64,000 nt of DNA from Pseudomonadota bacterium. Lineage in GTDB: Bacteria; Pseudomonadota; Gammaproteobacteria; Xanthomonadales; Xanthomonadaceae. Positions 17,218 through 27,033 of this stretch are shown one piece after another; position 1 is the first letter of the stretch; the number at the start of each line of letters is the position of its first letter. The stretch is from assembly GCA_018242445.1 (NCBI GenBank), contig JAFEBW010000050.1, positions 35,044 to 99,043 on the forward strand. The letters are read 5' to 3'. A program made the position numbers and the translations under genes. The notes under the pieces were generated by a model that was not told the DNA's origin, ran no database searches, and saw nothing but the letters and a program-made list of their open reading frames with translations.

Positions 17218-18396
17218 TCAATGACGGCTTGCGCCAAGCCCCGCATCCGTCGGGGTCGCGACCGTGACCTTGGTCGTCGTCGACGGTGTCGTTGAGGCAT
17301 CCGCCGTCGGCGCTGCATCCCCATCCACCCTCACGTAACCCTCCTGCTGCAGCCACGCGATCTGCCGGGCGGGATGGATGATGTTCTGCACGGGCACGCT
17401 GGTGAACACCACGGGGTATTTGGCGGCCGCCGTGCCGAGGGCCGCCAGCCACGCCTTGCGTTGCTCGGCTTCGCTGTCCACGCCTTGTTGCTTCGCCACC
17501 GCATCGTCGGTCGCCGTGGCAAAGCATGCGCGCAGGATCTGGTGGCTGCCCAGATACTCGGTCATCGCCGCCACATCGCCAGCCGCCCAGGCGCGGGCCA
17601 TGGTGCGCGAGGTTTCGCTCAACCCGGGGGCGGCATCGAGGATGGACTGGAAACAGGCGAGGTCGTCTGCATCGCTGGGCTGGAAAGCGCGCGCGGCCTT
17701 CTTGGGGTCCTTGATGGTCCAGTGCGCCATCGCATCGACCGTCGGCAGCTTGTACTTGGCCGCGTCCTTGTCGATCAAGCCGCCGATGGACGATTCCACC
17801 GCCACGCCCGAATGCTTGATCACCGCTTCGTAGAGTTTCCAGCCCGCGTACATGGGGCGCATGCGTTCGACGTCGCCGCCGGGCCGGTACTGCGCCTTCA
17901 ATGCCGTCCACTGCTGCAATTGCGCCGGGGTCAGCACGTCCGCCAGGTGTTTGCCGTCGGGCAGGTAGAGCGCGCCACGCGCGGCGTGCCAGATCGGCAG
18001 GATGTTGAACAGGTTGACATGTGCGGTGAAGTCGAACCACGGCGGGCCGATGATCGCGCCGGATTGCGTGATCGCGCGGTGGATGCTGGCGGGGACGTAG
18101 GAGAGCCCCTTGGGTTCGGGATACACCGTGCCCAGCACCAGCACCTTGCTGTTGCCCTTCTGATACGTCCAGATGTGCGGCTCGGGCACCGTCACCACGA
18201 CCGGCGCCATGTCCCTGGCGTCAGGGGGCGCGATTGCTGTCGCGCCGCTTGCCGGCTGCGCGTCCGGGCTTGCCGGCGATGGCCGGTCGGCTGGCGATGT
18301 CGAGGGTTGAGGGTTGCCGGGATCGGCGGAAGCCAGGACCTGCAAGGGCAAGGTGAGTGCGGCAAGGGTTGCGAGTGCTGCGATGAATCGGGGCAT
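17218..18396 (-). CDS. TraB/GumN-family protein with signal peptide
   Basis: It has the MPRFIAALATLAALTLPLQVLA signal, the conserved HIWTY..G.SKVLVLGTVY N-terminal block, and GumN-like length. Confidence 0.7.
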   Translation of the reverse strand: MPRFIAALATLAALTLPLQVLASADPGNPQPSTSPADRPSPASPDAQPASGATAIAPPDARDMAPVVVTVPEPHIWTYQKGNSKVLVLGTVYPEPKGLSYVPASIHRAITQSGAIIGPPWFDFTAHVNLFNILPIWHAARGALYLPDGKHLADVLTPAQLQQWTALKAQYRPGGDVERMRPMYAGWKLYEAVIKHSGVAVESSIGGLIDKDAAKYKLPTVDAMAHWTIKDPKKAARAFQPSDADDLACFQSILDAAPGLSETSRTMARAWAAGDVAAMTEYLGSHQILRACFATATDDAVAKQQGVDSEAEQRKAWLAALGTAAAKYPVVFTSVPVQNIIHPARQIAWLQQEGYVRVDGDAAPTADASTTPSTTTKVTVATPTDAGLGASRH

Positions 18397-18587
18397 CAAA
18401 ACCTCGGGGCAATGGATGTGGGGAAGACAGGATCTATATGCGGAATGCCGATGGGTGGCTCCGGCACGCAGCGCTGTGACCGCCGCCGAGGCATTTGGTT
18501 GCATGCCGGCGCCGCCCATCGTGCGAACGCGCGCAGACCCCATGGGGGCATGCGCGTCATAATGCATCGGCCGTGATGGGAGACCGC

Positions 18588-19517
18588 ATGATCCAGATTG
18601 CCCTCGCCGCGCTGCTGGCCGCAGCGCCCATGACCACCGCGACGCCAGCCGCCGCCAACGCCGACACCGCCTCCGACATGGCGCCGATCCACTGCGACGC
18701 CTGCGCGGACTGGAACCGCGATCAGGCACCGTTCCGCATCCTCGGCGACACCTACTACGTGGGCGTGCACGGCGTGTCGTCGGTGCTGATCCACACCCGC
18801 GATGGATTGATCCTGCTCGATGGCGACTTGCCGCAATCGGTGCCGTTGATCGTGGCGCACATCCGCGCACTCGGCTTCCACGTCAACAACGTGCGCTGGA
18901 TCCTCAGCTCGCACGCGCACTTCGACCACGCCGGCGGCATCGCCGCATTGCAGCGCCTGAGCGGCGCGAACGTCGCCGCCAGCACCCTGGCCGCGCCCGT
19001 CCTGCGCACCGGCCTGCTGCCCGCCGACGATCCGCAATACGACGGCGGCAAGGGGCGCGGATTCCCGCCCATCGCGCATGTGCACGCCACCCTGGATGGC
19101 GAGGTCATCCGCCTCGGCGGTGTCGCCGTCACCGCCCATTACACCCCGGGGCACACGCCCGGCGGGGTGACGTGGACGTGGCAGAGTTGCGATCCATGGC
19201 GCTGCCGCGACATCGTCTATGCCGACAGCCTGAATGCAGCACCGGTCGGCGATTTCCGCTTCGACGACCCGTCGCGGCATCCACGCCCCGCCGACGTGCT
19301 GCGCCGGAGCATCGACGTCGTGCGCGGCTTGCCCTGCGACGCGATCGTGAGCGTGCACCCGGGCTTCACCGACGTGCTCGCCAAGGCCGCGGCCAATGCG
19401 CGCGACCCCGCGCACAACGCCTTCGTCGATCCCAATGGCTGTCGCGCTTACGCCGATGGTGCGCTCGCGGCGCTCGATGCGGAATTGAAGAAGGAAGGCG
19501 CGGGCGCGACGCGCTGA
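18588..19517 (+). CDS. subclass B3 metallo-beta-lactamase (L1-like)
   Basis: Signal peptide is present. The zinc motif SHAHFDHAGG (HxHxDH) and YTPGHTPGG are characteristic of B3 enzymes. Confidence 0.85.
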   Translation: MIQIALAALLAAAPMTTATPAAANADTASDMAPIHCDACADWNRDQAPFRILGDTYYVGVHGVSSVLIHTRDGLILLDGDLPQSVPLIVAHIRALGFHVNNVRWILSSHAHFDHAGGIAALQRLSGANVAASTLAAPVLRTGLLPADDPQYDGGKGRGFPPIAHVHATLDGEVIRLGGVAVTAHYTPGHTPGGVTWTWQSCDPWRCRDIVYADSLNAAPVGDFRFDDPSRHPRPADVLRRSIDVVRGLPCDAIVSVHPGFTDVLAKAAANARDPAHNAFVDPNGCRAYADGALAALDAELKKEGAGATR

Positions 19518-19611
19518 CGGCGCGCAAGCGAACCCGTGCGGCCTTCAATTTCGTGCGCCGATCGTTTGGCTGCACGTGCCTGCACATGCCTGCGTGCGCG
19601 CTGCGGCGATA

Positions 19612-20055
19612 TCAATGCGAGATCGTGAACTTGCCGATGTCCACCCCGAGATCGACGCCGCGGCCGCCACCGGCCAGCGCCAGCGACACCGGGCCCTTGG
19701 TCAGCACCTGCGCCTCGCCGGACTTGACCACGCCGGCATTCGCGCTGGCCTGCACGTAATCGCCGAGCACCTCGGAGATGTCCTTCACGTCGGAGAACGA
19801 GCCCTCGCCGTGGTCGATTTTCCACTTGCCGGCGGTGATGCCCAGCGCCTGCGCGCTGACGCGCACACGCATCGACTTGCCGTTGGAGCACCTCACCACG
19901 CCTCTGCCGGTGGTGTGCTTGTAGATCAGCGACCAGCCGCTGAGGTTGTAGCTGAGCTTGCAGTCGATATTGGCTTCGGCGGCGCGCGCGGGCATTGCGA
20001 AGATCGTTGCCGCGAGGGCGGTGGAGGCAAGCAAGGCCAACAGCGTTCGGGTCAT
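19612..20055 (-). CDS. secreted hypothetical protein
   Basis: It has the MTRTLLALLASTALAATIFAMPARA signal peptide and high GC3. I do not recognise the family. Confidence 0.55.
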   Translation of the reverse strand: MTRTLLALLASTALAATIFAMPARAAEANIDCKLSYNLSGWSLIYKHTTGRGVVRCSNGKSMRVRVSAQALGITAGKWKIDHGEGSFSDVKDISEVLGDYVQASANAGVVKSGEAQVLTKGPVSLALAGGGRGVDLGVDIGKFTISH

Positions 20056-20173
20056 GACGGGCTCCTGATGATTCGGCGAGAAGGAAATCAACGATCGACA
20101 GTTTGCACCCACTGCCTGAACGCCGTGCAAAGCCGCAGCTCATATCGCGTGCCCGTGTCGAGTCAAAGCACTC

Positions 20174-20368
20174 TCACACGCAGCGAAAATACGGCCGCGC
20201 CGCGTTGCGCACATAGCGGCGGCCATCGGCCGGCGCGTAGCCATCGCTGTTGCCGTAACCGATGCCGAAATCGCGTTGACGATGCGGGGGCCGCGGCTGA
20301 TGGCGATCGCGCGCGCTTCCTCCTGTGCTGGAAGGATTGCGGCGCTGGTGGGTGACGAGGGCGTTCAT
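20174..20368 (-). CDS. hypothetical small basic Gly/Arg-rich protein (64 aa)
   Basis: The ATG is preceded by GGAG at 6-nt spacing. A hand count gives about 75% GC3. I recognise no family. Confidence 0.3.
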   Translation of the reverse strand: MNALVTHQRRNPSSTGGSARDRHQPRPPHRQRDFGIGYGNSDGYAPADGRRYVRNAARPYFRCV

Positions 20369-20511
20369 CGTGAACTCCGTGGTTGGGGTGCGCACAGAAA
20401 TACCCCGCCACGCATCGCGCGCCATGCGTCCGAAGTCATGCCATGACGAACGTTGGGTGACCGATGGCATACACCGCTTGCGGCACGCCACGCTCGTTGC
20501 ACGCGCAACGA

Positions 20512-21489
20512 TCAGACGGCGAGCACGATCTTGCCGACATGTTGGCCGGCTTCCAAACAGGCATGCGCCTGCGCGGCCTGTTCCAGCGGGAACGTGCGAT
20601 CGACGACGGCCCGCACGCGGCCTTCGCGGATCCACGGCCACACGACGCGTTCGACCTGCGCTGCGAGCCGGGCTTTCTCGTCGGCATCGCGCGGGCGCAG
20701 GGTCGATCCGGTCAGCACCGCGCGCTTGCGCATCAGCGTCCACACCGGCACCTGCAGCGTGCCGCCGCCCTGCGCGGCGATGTAGACGATGCGACCGCCG
20801 GTGTTGAGCGCGGCCAGGTTCGCCTCTAAATACGACGCGCCGACCATGTCCAGGGCCACGTCCACGCCGCCGGCCTGTTGGGCCAGCGCGCCGAAATCCT
20901 GAGTCAGCGTGTCGATGGCGATGTCCGCACCCAGCGCGAGTGCCTGCGCGGCCTTGTCGGCACCGCGTGCGGTGGCGATCACGCGCGCGCCGGCAGCCTT
21001 GCCCATCTGGATCGCCATCACCCCGATACCCGAGGTCGCACCGTGCACCAGCAGGGTTTCGCCTGCACGCAAGGCGCCATGCTCGAACACGTTGGCGTAC
21101 ACGGTGAACACGGTTTCCGGCAACGCGGCGGCACGCACGAAGTCGCTGCCATCGTCGCTCGTCTCGAACGGAATCGGCAGCGCATGCCGCGCATCGACCA
21201 CCGCGTACTGCGCGTAGCCGCCGCCACCGAGCAGGGCGCACACGCGATCGCCGACCTGCCAGCGCCCCGCCGCGACGACCACCTCGCCGGCGACCTCAAG
21301 ACCGAGCGTGTCCGGCGCACCCGGCGGCGGCGGGTAGTGGCCTTCGCGTTGCAGCAGGTCGGGGCGATTCACGCCGGCGGCATGCACGCGCAGCAGCAGC
21401 TCGCCCGCCGCGGGAACCGGCAGCGGTACGCGGACGGGATGCAGCGCCCCGGCCGGCCCGCGTCCATCACGGATGGCAATGGCGGTCAT
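20512..21489 (-). CDS. NAD(P)H:quinone oxidoreductase (PIG3/zeta-crystallin family, MDR superfamily)
   Basis: GVNRPDLLQREGHYPPPPGAPDTLGLEVAGEVV and VHGATSGIG motifs. Confidence 0.85.
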   Translation of the reverse strand: MTAIAIRDGRGPAGALHPVRVPLPVPAAGELLLRVHAAGVNRPDLLQREGHYPPPPGAPDTLGLEVAGEVVVAAGRWQVGDRVCALLGGGGYAQYAVVDARHALPIPFETSDDGSDFVRAAALPETVFTVYANVFEHGALRAGETLLVHGATSGIGVMAIQMGKAAGARVIATARGADKAAQALALGADIAIDTLTQDFGALAQQAGGVDVALDMVGASYLEANLAALNTGGRIVYIAAQGGGTLQVPVWTLMRKRAVLTGSTLRPRDADEKARLAAQVERVVWPWIREGRVRAVVDRTFPLEQAAQAHACLEAGQHVGKIVLAV

Positions 21490-21527
21490 GGTCTGGGCTG
21501 CGTGCATGCGCGTCATCCGATCATCGA

Positions 21528-22523
21528 ATGGCCCATTGTGCGCGACGACGGCAGCGTCGCGCGATGCGATACTCCGCGCATCGTCGCCGCATCCGCCTCC
21601 GCATGCCCGCTTACGCCTCGTCCATTGCCGCGTCGCTGTTGATGCTGGCAACGACCGCACCGACTGTCGTTGCCGCGCCGGTCGATGCCGTGGATGCCTC
21701 CACGTCGTCCGCAACCCACGCGCCGATACCGGCTGGCAGCATGCCCTTGCGGATGGATGCCAGCGGCCGTTTGCAGGCGCAGGCGACCCTCGACGGACGA
21801 GGCCCGTTGCTGCTCACCGTGGACACCGCCGCCACCGGCACGGCGCTGTCGCAGGCGGTGGCAGCGCGGCTGGGATTGCGCGCCGGCGCCGACCGGCAGG
21901 TCGTCGGCGGGATCGGCCGCGCGGACGCGCAAACCGTCACCGTCGGCCGTTTCCACAGCGACCTGTTCGACCTGCGCAACGTGCCGGTGCTGCTGCTGCC
22001 GCAAGCGCAGGGCGACGGCATCCTCGGCATGGCACCGTTCGCGGGCGGCCGCATCGAGCTGGACCTGCGCACACCCGCGATGCTGTATGGCCCCAGCGGG
22101 CCGACGCCGGAGGGTTTCGCGTCCGTCGATGGGCGTGTGCTTCACGGCATCCTCGTGGTGGACATCCGCATCGACGAGGTGACGGTGCAGGCGCTGGTGG
22201 ACACCGGCGCGCCCTACAACGTCGGCAACCCTGCCCTGCAGGCCGCACTGGGCATCGTTCCCGGCGACCCGCGCCTGAGCCCGGGCGGCACCTTCAACGA
22301 CACCTTCGGGCGCACGCGCGACGTGGAGCAGGCCACGCTGGGGCGCATCACGCTGGGCGGAGTTTCGTTCGCGCGCCCGACGGTGCGCTTCGCCGACATG
22401 CCGGTGTTCCGCGCGCTCGGCCTCGACGATGGCCCGGCGATGATCCTCGGCATCGGCCAGCTCGCGCAGATGGGTGTCATCGCGATCGACTTCCCGCGCG
22501 CGCAACTGCAATTGCGGCCGTGA
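21528..22523 (+). CDS. retropepsin-like (clan AA) aspartic protease, two-domain, secreted
   Basis: It has two D-T-A/G motifs (LLLTVDTAATGTAL and ALVDTGAPYNVG) and an N-terminal hydrophobic signal. The start is uncertain (21528, 21564 or 21603). Confidence 0.65.
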   Translation: MAHCARRRQRRAMRYSAHRRRIRLRMPAYASSIAASLLMLATTAPTVVAAPVDAVDASTSSATHAPIPAGSMPLRMDASGRLQAQATLDGRGPLLLTVDTAATGTALSQAVAARLGLRAGADRQVVGGIGRADAQTVTVGRFHSDLFDLRNVPVLLLPQAQGDGILGMAPFAGGRIELDLRTPAMLYGPSGPTPEGFASVDGRVLHGILVVDIRIDEVTVQALVDTGAPYNVGNPALQAALGIVPGDPRLSPGGTFNDTFGRTRDVEQATLGRITLGGVSFARPTVRFADMPVFRALGLDDGPAMILGIGQLAQMGVIAIDFPRAQLQLRP

Positions 22524-22592
22524 GGCAGCGCCGACGTTGACGCATGCGCGCGCATGCGGATCGTGCATGCGCGGGCCTTCCGCTCCAACCGC

Positions 22593-24314
22593 TCAACGCC
22601 GCACGATCAGTTTCATCAGCTCGCGCAACTCGTCCTTGTCCTCATCCGACAGGCCGCTTTGGGCTTGCTGCGATTTCAATTCGTCCACGCGCTGTTGCAG
22701 GGTCTGCTGATCGAGCTGCGCCAGCACGTCGCGCCATTCCTCGCGCCACACGGCGGCATCGCCGGGCAAGGCCTGCAACGCGAGCTTGCGCAGCGGCGCT
22801 TCCTCCTCGCGGCCGGCCATGTGTTCGAGCACGCCGCCGGTAGTGAGTTGCGGACGCTCGCGCACGATGGCGATCAGTTCCACCAGCAAGCCCACGCCGG
22901 GTTGGCGCAGGGCGGAAAACAGGGGCGGCCACGCCACCTCCAACGCCAGCGCAGGATCCTGCAGCAACAAGGTGATCGCGCCGCGCACGAGGCTGCGCCG
23001 CCCCACGGCGGCGGCGGGCGATGCCGTGGCCGCAGGCGCGGATGCCGCGCGGCCTTGCGCCAGCCGCGCGCCCGTCAACTCGACCAGGCGTGCGTGCATC
23101 AAGTCGCGGAACGCGCCATCGGGAATCTGCGCCAGCAGCGGCCGCGCGCGCTCGGCCAGACGCGCCTTGCCGTCGAGCGAGCCGAGCTTCACGTCTTTCG
23201 ATAATTCCGCGAACAGGAATTCCGACAATGGCATCGCCTGCGCGAGGCGCGCCTCGAAACCTACGGCACCATCCTTGCGCACGATGCTGTCCGGGTCTTC
23301 GCCTTCGGGCAGGAACAGGAAAAACGCCTGCCGCCCGTCGCGCATGCGCGGCAGCGCCGATTCCAGCGCCTTCCACGCCGCGCCGCGTCCGGCCTTGTCG
23401 CCGTCGAAGCAGAACACCACGTCGGGCGCATTGCGGAACAGCAGCTCGGCGTGCTCGGGCGTGGTCGCGGTGCCGAGCGTGGCGACCGCCTGCGTCACGC
23501 CGTACTGGAACAGCGCGACCACGTCCATGTAACCCTCGACCACGATCAGCCGCTCGATCTTCGAATACGCCTGCCGCACCTGCCACAACCCGTACAACTC
23601 GCGCCCCTTGTGGAACAGGCTGGTTTCGGGTGAATTGAGGTATTTCGGCGAATCGTCCTTGTCGGTGACGCGCCCGCCGAAGGCGATCACGCGACCGCGG
23701 CGGTCGTGGATCGGAAACATGATCCGCTTGCGGAACTTGTCATAGACGCGACCCGAATCGCCCTTCGAAAACAACCCCGCCGCTTCGAGCAGGCGCATGC
23801 GCTGCTCGTCGGTGCCGAGCGCATTCTTCAGCGCGTCCCAGGCGTCGGGCGCATAGCCGATGCCGAAGCGTTGGCGGTTGTCGGCATCCACGCCACGCTG
23901 GCGCAGATAGTCTTGCGCCGAGGGGGCGGCTTCGAGTTGCCGCTTGAAGAACTGCGCGGCGGCATCCAGCACCGCATACAGATCGACCGATTCGCCGCTG
24001 ACATTGCGCGCGCGGGTATCTTTCGGCACCTCCACGCCGGCACGCTTGGCCAACTCCTCCACCGCGTCGAGGAATTCGAGGCGGTCGTAGTTCATCAGGA
24101 AGCTGATCGCGGTGCCGTGCGCGCCGCAGCCGAAGCAGTGGTAGAACTGCTTGGTGGGCGATACCGTGAACGAGGGCGAGCGCTCGTCGTGGAACGGGCA
24201 GCGCGCCGAGTACTCGCGCCCCTGCCGCTTGAGCGGCACCCGCGCGCCGATCAACTCGACCAGGTCGGTGCGCGCGAGCAGGTCGTCGATGAACGCGTCG
24301 GGGATGCGGGCCAT
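22593..24314 (-). CDS. dnaG: DNA primase
   Basis: It has the zinc ribbon CPFHDERSPSFTVSPTKQFYHCFGCGAHG, the TOPRIM EGYMDV motif, and a length of 573 aa. Confidence 0.95.
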   Translation of the reverse strand: MARIPDAFIDDLLARTDLVELIGARVPLKRQGREYSARCPFHDERSPSFTVSPTKQFYHCFGCGAHGTAISFLMNYDRLEFLDAVEELAKRAGVEVPKDTRARNVSGESVDLYAVLDAAAQFFKRQLEAAPSAQDYLRQRGVDADNRQRFGIGYAPDAWDALKNALGTDEQRMRLLEAAGLFSKGDSGRVYDKFRKRIMFPIHDRRGRVIAFGGRVTDKDDSPKYLNSPETSLFHKGRELYGLWQVRQAYSKIERLIVVEGYMDVVALFQYGVTQAVATLGTATTPEHAELLFRNAPDVVFCFDGDKAGRGAAWKALESALPRMRDGRQAFFLFLPEGEDPDSIVRKDGAVGFEARLAQAMPLSEFLFAELSKDVKLGSLDGKARLAERARPLLAQIPDGAFRDLMHARLVELTGARLAQGRAASAPAATASPAAAVGRRSLVRGAITLLLQDPALALEVAWPPLFSALRQPGVGLLVELIAIVRERPQLTTGGVLEHMAGREEEAPLRKLALQALPGDAAVWREEWRDVLAQLDQQTLQQRVDELKSQQAQSGLSDEDKDELRELMKLIVRR

Positions 24315-24346
24315 GTTGGCCAGCTTAGTGCATCAGCCCTGCTGCA

Positions 24347-24793
24347 TCAGCCGGCAAGCTGCTGCTTCACCAGCGCCGACGCCTGCCCCATGTCGGCACG
24401 ACCGGCGATCTTCGGCTTGAGCACGGCCATCACCTTGCCCATGTCGGACGGGCCTTTCGCGCCGGCGGCGGCGATCGCGGCGGCGATTTCGGCAGCCAGT
24501 TCGTCGGCGCTCATCTGCTGCGGAAGATAGGTCGCGATGACGGCCATCTCGTCGCGCTCGACCTGCGCCAGATCCTCGCGCCCGGCTGCCGTGTACTGGG
24601 TGATCGAATCCTTGCGCTGCTTGAGCATCTTTTCCAGCACCGCCAGCACTTGCGCATCGTCGAGCGCGATGCGCTCGTCCACTTCGCGCTGCTTGATCGC
24701 GGCGTTGGCCAGCCGGATCACGCCGAGACGAAACTTCTCGCCGGACTTCATCGCGGCCTTCATGTCATCGGTGAGGCGGGCTTTCAGGGACAT
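24347..24793 (-). CDS. GatB/YqeY domain protein
   Basis: MSLKARLTDDMKAAMKSGEK...LAVLEKMLKQRKDSI is the classic rpsU-yqeY-dnaG context. Confidence 0.85.
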   Translation of the reverse strand: MSLKARLTDDMKAAMKSGEKFRLGVIRLANAAIKQREVDERIALDDAQVLAVLEKMLKQRKDSITQYTAAGREDLAQVERDEMAVIATYLPQQMSADELAAEIAAAIAAAGAKGPSDMGKVMAVLKPKIAGRADMGQASALVKQQLAG

Positions 24794-24920
24794 GGGTATC
24801 TCCAGCCGATGGATCGAGGGTGTGGTGGCTTGCGACGGCAACTTCATCGCCGATCAAACGCATCGCCGGTGATGACGCGTGCGCGGCCATGCGACGCAAC
24901 AACTCGCCTTCCACAAACGC

Positions 24921-24952
24921 AAAAAGCCGGCCACGCTCGCGCGCGCCGGCTT
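24921..24952 (-). terminator. rho-independent terminator downstream of rpsU
   Basis: On the minus strand, AAGCCGGC-loop-GCCGGCTT is followed by TTT. Confidence 0.55.
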
Positions 24953-24970
24953 CATGCGGAAACGCGAAAC

Positions 24971-25186
24971 TCAGTACAGACGCTGGCGCTTGGTCACGTC
25001 GCGCGCGCTGCGGTGCATCTGCCGCTTCACCGCCGCGGCGGCCTTGCGCTTGCGCTCCTGGGTCGGCTTTTCGTAGAACTCGCGCTTGCGGGTTTCGGCA
25101 AGGACACCGGCCTTCTCGCAGGTGCGCTTGAAGCGGCGCAGCGCAAACTCGAAGGGTTCGTTTTCGCGGACTTTGACGGACGGCAT
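24971..25186 (-). CDS. rpsU: 30S ribosomal protein S21
   Basis: [48 protein letters not shown], 71 aa. Confidence 0.97.
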   Translation of the reverse strand: MPSVKVRENEPFEFALRRFKRTCEKAGVLAETRKREFYEKPTQERKRKAAAAVKRQMHRSARDVTKRQRLY

Positions 25187-25235
25187 GAAGACTCCGGGAA
25201 CATGTAGACCGTCCAGCCGGACGGGCGAGCCGCGT

Positions 25236-25265
25236 ATGATACGGGCATGAGCGCCCCCGTTGCAA
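25236..25265 (-). promoter_or_regulatory. candidate sigma70 promoter of rpsU (TTGCAA-N18-TATCAT)
   Basis: The hexamers were read on the minus strand about 50 nt upstream of the rpsU ATG. This is a sequence match only. Confidence 0.35.
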
Positions 25266-25503
25266 CCCGTTTTCCGACTGAGATTCTGGAGGCCGGTACA
25301 GGACGTGCCGACCCGCTCGGCGCGAATACGCCGGGCGGGCAAACGTGGCACGGCTCTGCCGGGGCCGTATGCGCGCCACCGCGCCCGCAGGACAGCGGGC
25401 GCGAACAGCGTGGCTGGCCCGGAGGGCGAGCTCCAGGATGTGGCGAGTCATCCGCGGCAGAGCCTGCCCCGGACTCGATCCGGGGATGCCCGGTCTTGCG
25501 CCC

Positions 25504-26553
25504 ATGAAACGCCCCATCCTCGGCATCGAAACCTCCTGCGATGAAACCGGGGTGGCGGTCTACGACCTCGCCACCGGTCTGCGCGCGCACGCCCTGTACA
25601 GCCAGATCGCCCTGCACGCGCAGTACGGCGGGGTGGTGCCGGAGCTGGCCAGCCGCGACCACGTGCGCAAGCTGTTGCCGCTGGTCCGGCAGACCCTCGC
25701 CGAGGCGGGCATCGGCGTGCGCGATCTGGGCGGCGTGGCCTACACCGCCGGCCCCGGGCTGGTCGGCGCGCTGCTGGTCGGCGCCGGCGTCGGCCGTGCG
25801 CTGGCATGGGCGCTGGAGGTGCCGGCGATCGGCGTCCATCACATGGAAGGCCACCTGCTGGCACCGCTGCTGGAAGATGCCGATCTCAAGCCGCCCTTCG
25901 TGGCGCTGCTGGTCTCCGGCGGGCACACGCAACTGATCGCCGTGCGCGCGATCGGCGACTACGAATTGCTCGGCGAAACCCTCGACGACGCCGCCGGCGA
26001 GGCCTTCGACAAGACCGCGAAACTGATGGGCCTGCCCTACCCCGGCGGCCCGCATCTGGCCGCGCTCGCCGAACGCGGCACGCCGGGCCGGTTCACGTTC
26101 TCGCGGCCGATGACCGATCGCCCCGGGCTGGACTTCAGCTTCTCCGGCTTGAAGACGCAGGTGCTGCTGGCATGGCAGAAATCCGACCAGTCCGATGTGA
26201 CACGCGCCGACATCGCCCGTGGTTTCGAGGACGCCATCGTGGATACGCTGGCGAGCAAATGCGAGCGCGCACTGGAGGCAGCCGGCATGGACAGTCTGAT
26301 CGTCGCCGGCGGCGTCGGCGCCAACCTGCGCCTGCGCGCGAAATTGCAGTCGCTGACGCAGCGGCGTGGCGGCCGCGTCAGCTTCCCGCGCCCGGCCTTC
26401 TGCACCGACAATGGCGCGATGATCGCCCACGCCGGCGCGCTGCGGCTGGCGGCGGGGCTGTACGATGGCGCGAGCGTGGACGTGCGTCCGCGCTGGGACA
26501 TGGCTGTTTTGCCCCCTTTGGGCGGCAAAACGGGAATAAGGAATAGGAAATAG
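25504..26553 (+). CDS. tsaD: tRNA N6-adenosine threonylcarbamoyltransferase
   Basis: [21 protein letters not shown]...HHMEGHLL...GGVGAN. It is divergent from rpsU. The last codons (TGIRNRK) are encoded by a heptamer array. Confidence 0.95.
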   Translation: MKRPILGIETSCDETGVAVYDLATGLRAHALYSQIALHAQYGGVVPELASRDHVRKLLPLVRQTLAEAGIGVRDLGGVAYTAGPGLVGALLVGAGVGRALAWALEVPAIGVHHMEGHLLAPLLEDADLKPPFVALLVSGGHTQLIAVRAIGDYELLGETLDDAAGEAFDKTAKLMGLPYPGGPHLAALAERGTPGRFTFSRPMTDRPGLDFSFSGLKTQVLLAWQKSDQSDVTRADIARGFEDAIVDTLASKCERALEAAGMDSLIVAGGVGANLRLRAKLQSLTQRRGGRVSFPRPAFCTDNGAMIAHAGALRLAAGLYDGASVDVRPRWDMAVLPPLGGKTGIRNRK

Positions 26554-26675
26554 GGAGTGGGAAAGCGAAAAGCCTCGCGCTCCCGGATGGATTCTCACTC
26601 CCGGTATCCCTTGGTCAGATGCCTGCACGCACGCGCTTGTACCATTCCCCATTCCCCATTCCCCATTCCCGCCCC
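26532..26675. repeat. inverted arrays of tandem heptamers (GGGAATA AGGAATA GGAAATA GGGAGTG ... CCATTCC x4) at the tsaD/folB junction
   Basis: Read directly. The left arm is 26532-26566 and the right arm 26642-26675. An inner GGGAGTG/CACTCCC pair lies at 26553-26559 and 26596-26602. Confidence 0.9.
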
Positions 26676-27026
26676 ATGGATCGCGTCTTCATCGAAAACC
26701 TCGAGATCGACACCCTGATCGGCATCTACGACTGGGAGCGCAAGATCCGCCAGCCGCTGGTGTTCGACCTGGAAATGGGCTTCGACAACCGCGTGCCGGC
26801 CGGCAGCGACGACATCGCCGACACGCTCGATTACAAGGCCGTGAGCAAGCGCTTGATCGCGTTCGTGTCGGAATCAAGCTTTGGTTTGGTCGAAACGCTG
26901 GCCGAGCGCTGCGCGCAGATCGTGCTCGACGAGTTCCCGGTGGCATGGCTGCGCCTGAAATTGAGCAAGCCCGGCGCGGTGCGCGGCGCGCGCGCCGTGG
27001 GCGTGGTCATCGAGCGCAACCGCTGA
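26676..27026 (+). CDS. folB: dihydroneopterin aldolase
   Basis: MDRVFIENLEIDTLIGIYDWER...DYKAVSKRL...LVETLAE, about 116 aa. Confidence 0.9.
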   Translation: MDRVFIENLEIDTLIGIYDWERKIRQPLVFDLEMGFDNRVPAGSDDIADTLDYKAVSKRLIAFVSESSFGLVETLAERCAQIVLDEFPVAWLRLKLSKPGAVRGARAVGVVIERNR

Positions 27027-27033
27027 AGCCCGC

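Noticed and set aside
20163-20411. 82-aa minus-strand ORF (MAGYFCAHPNHG...) as the gene in the 20056-20511 gap.
   Set aside because: It has no SD and an Arg/Pro/Ala-rich composition. The overlapping 64-aa frame (20174-20368) has a GGAG SD and better third-position GC, so it was listed instead, with low confidence.
22541-22558. Perfect palindrome CGCATGCGCGCGCATGCG between the protease gene and dnaG, considered as a bidirectional terminator.
   Set aside because: The stem has essentially no loop and no flanking T/A tracts. It may be structural, but I cannot support a terminator call.
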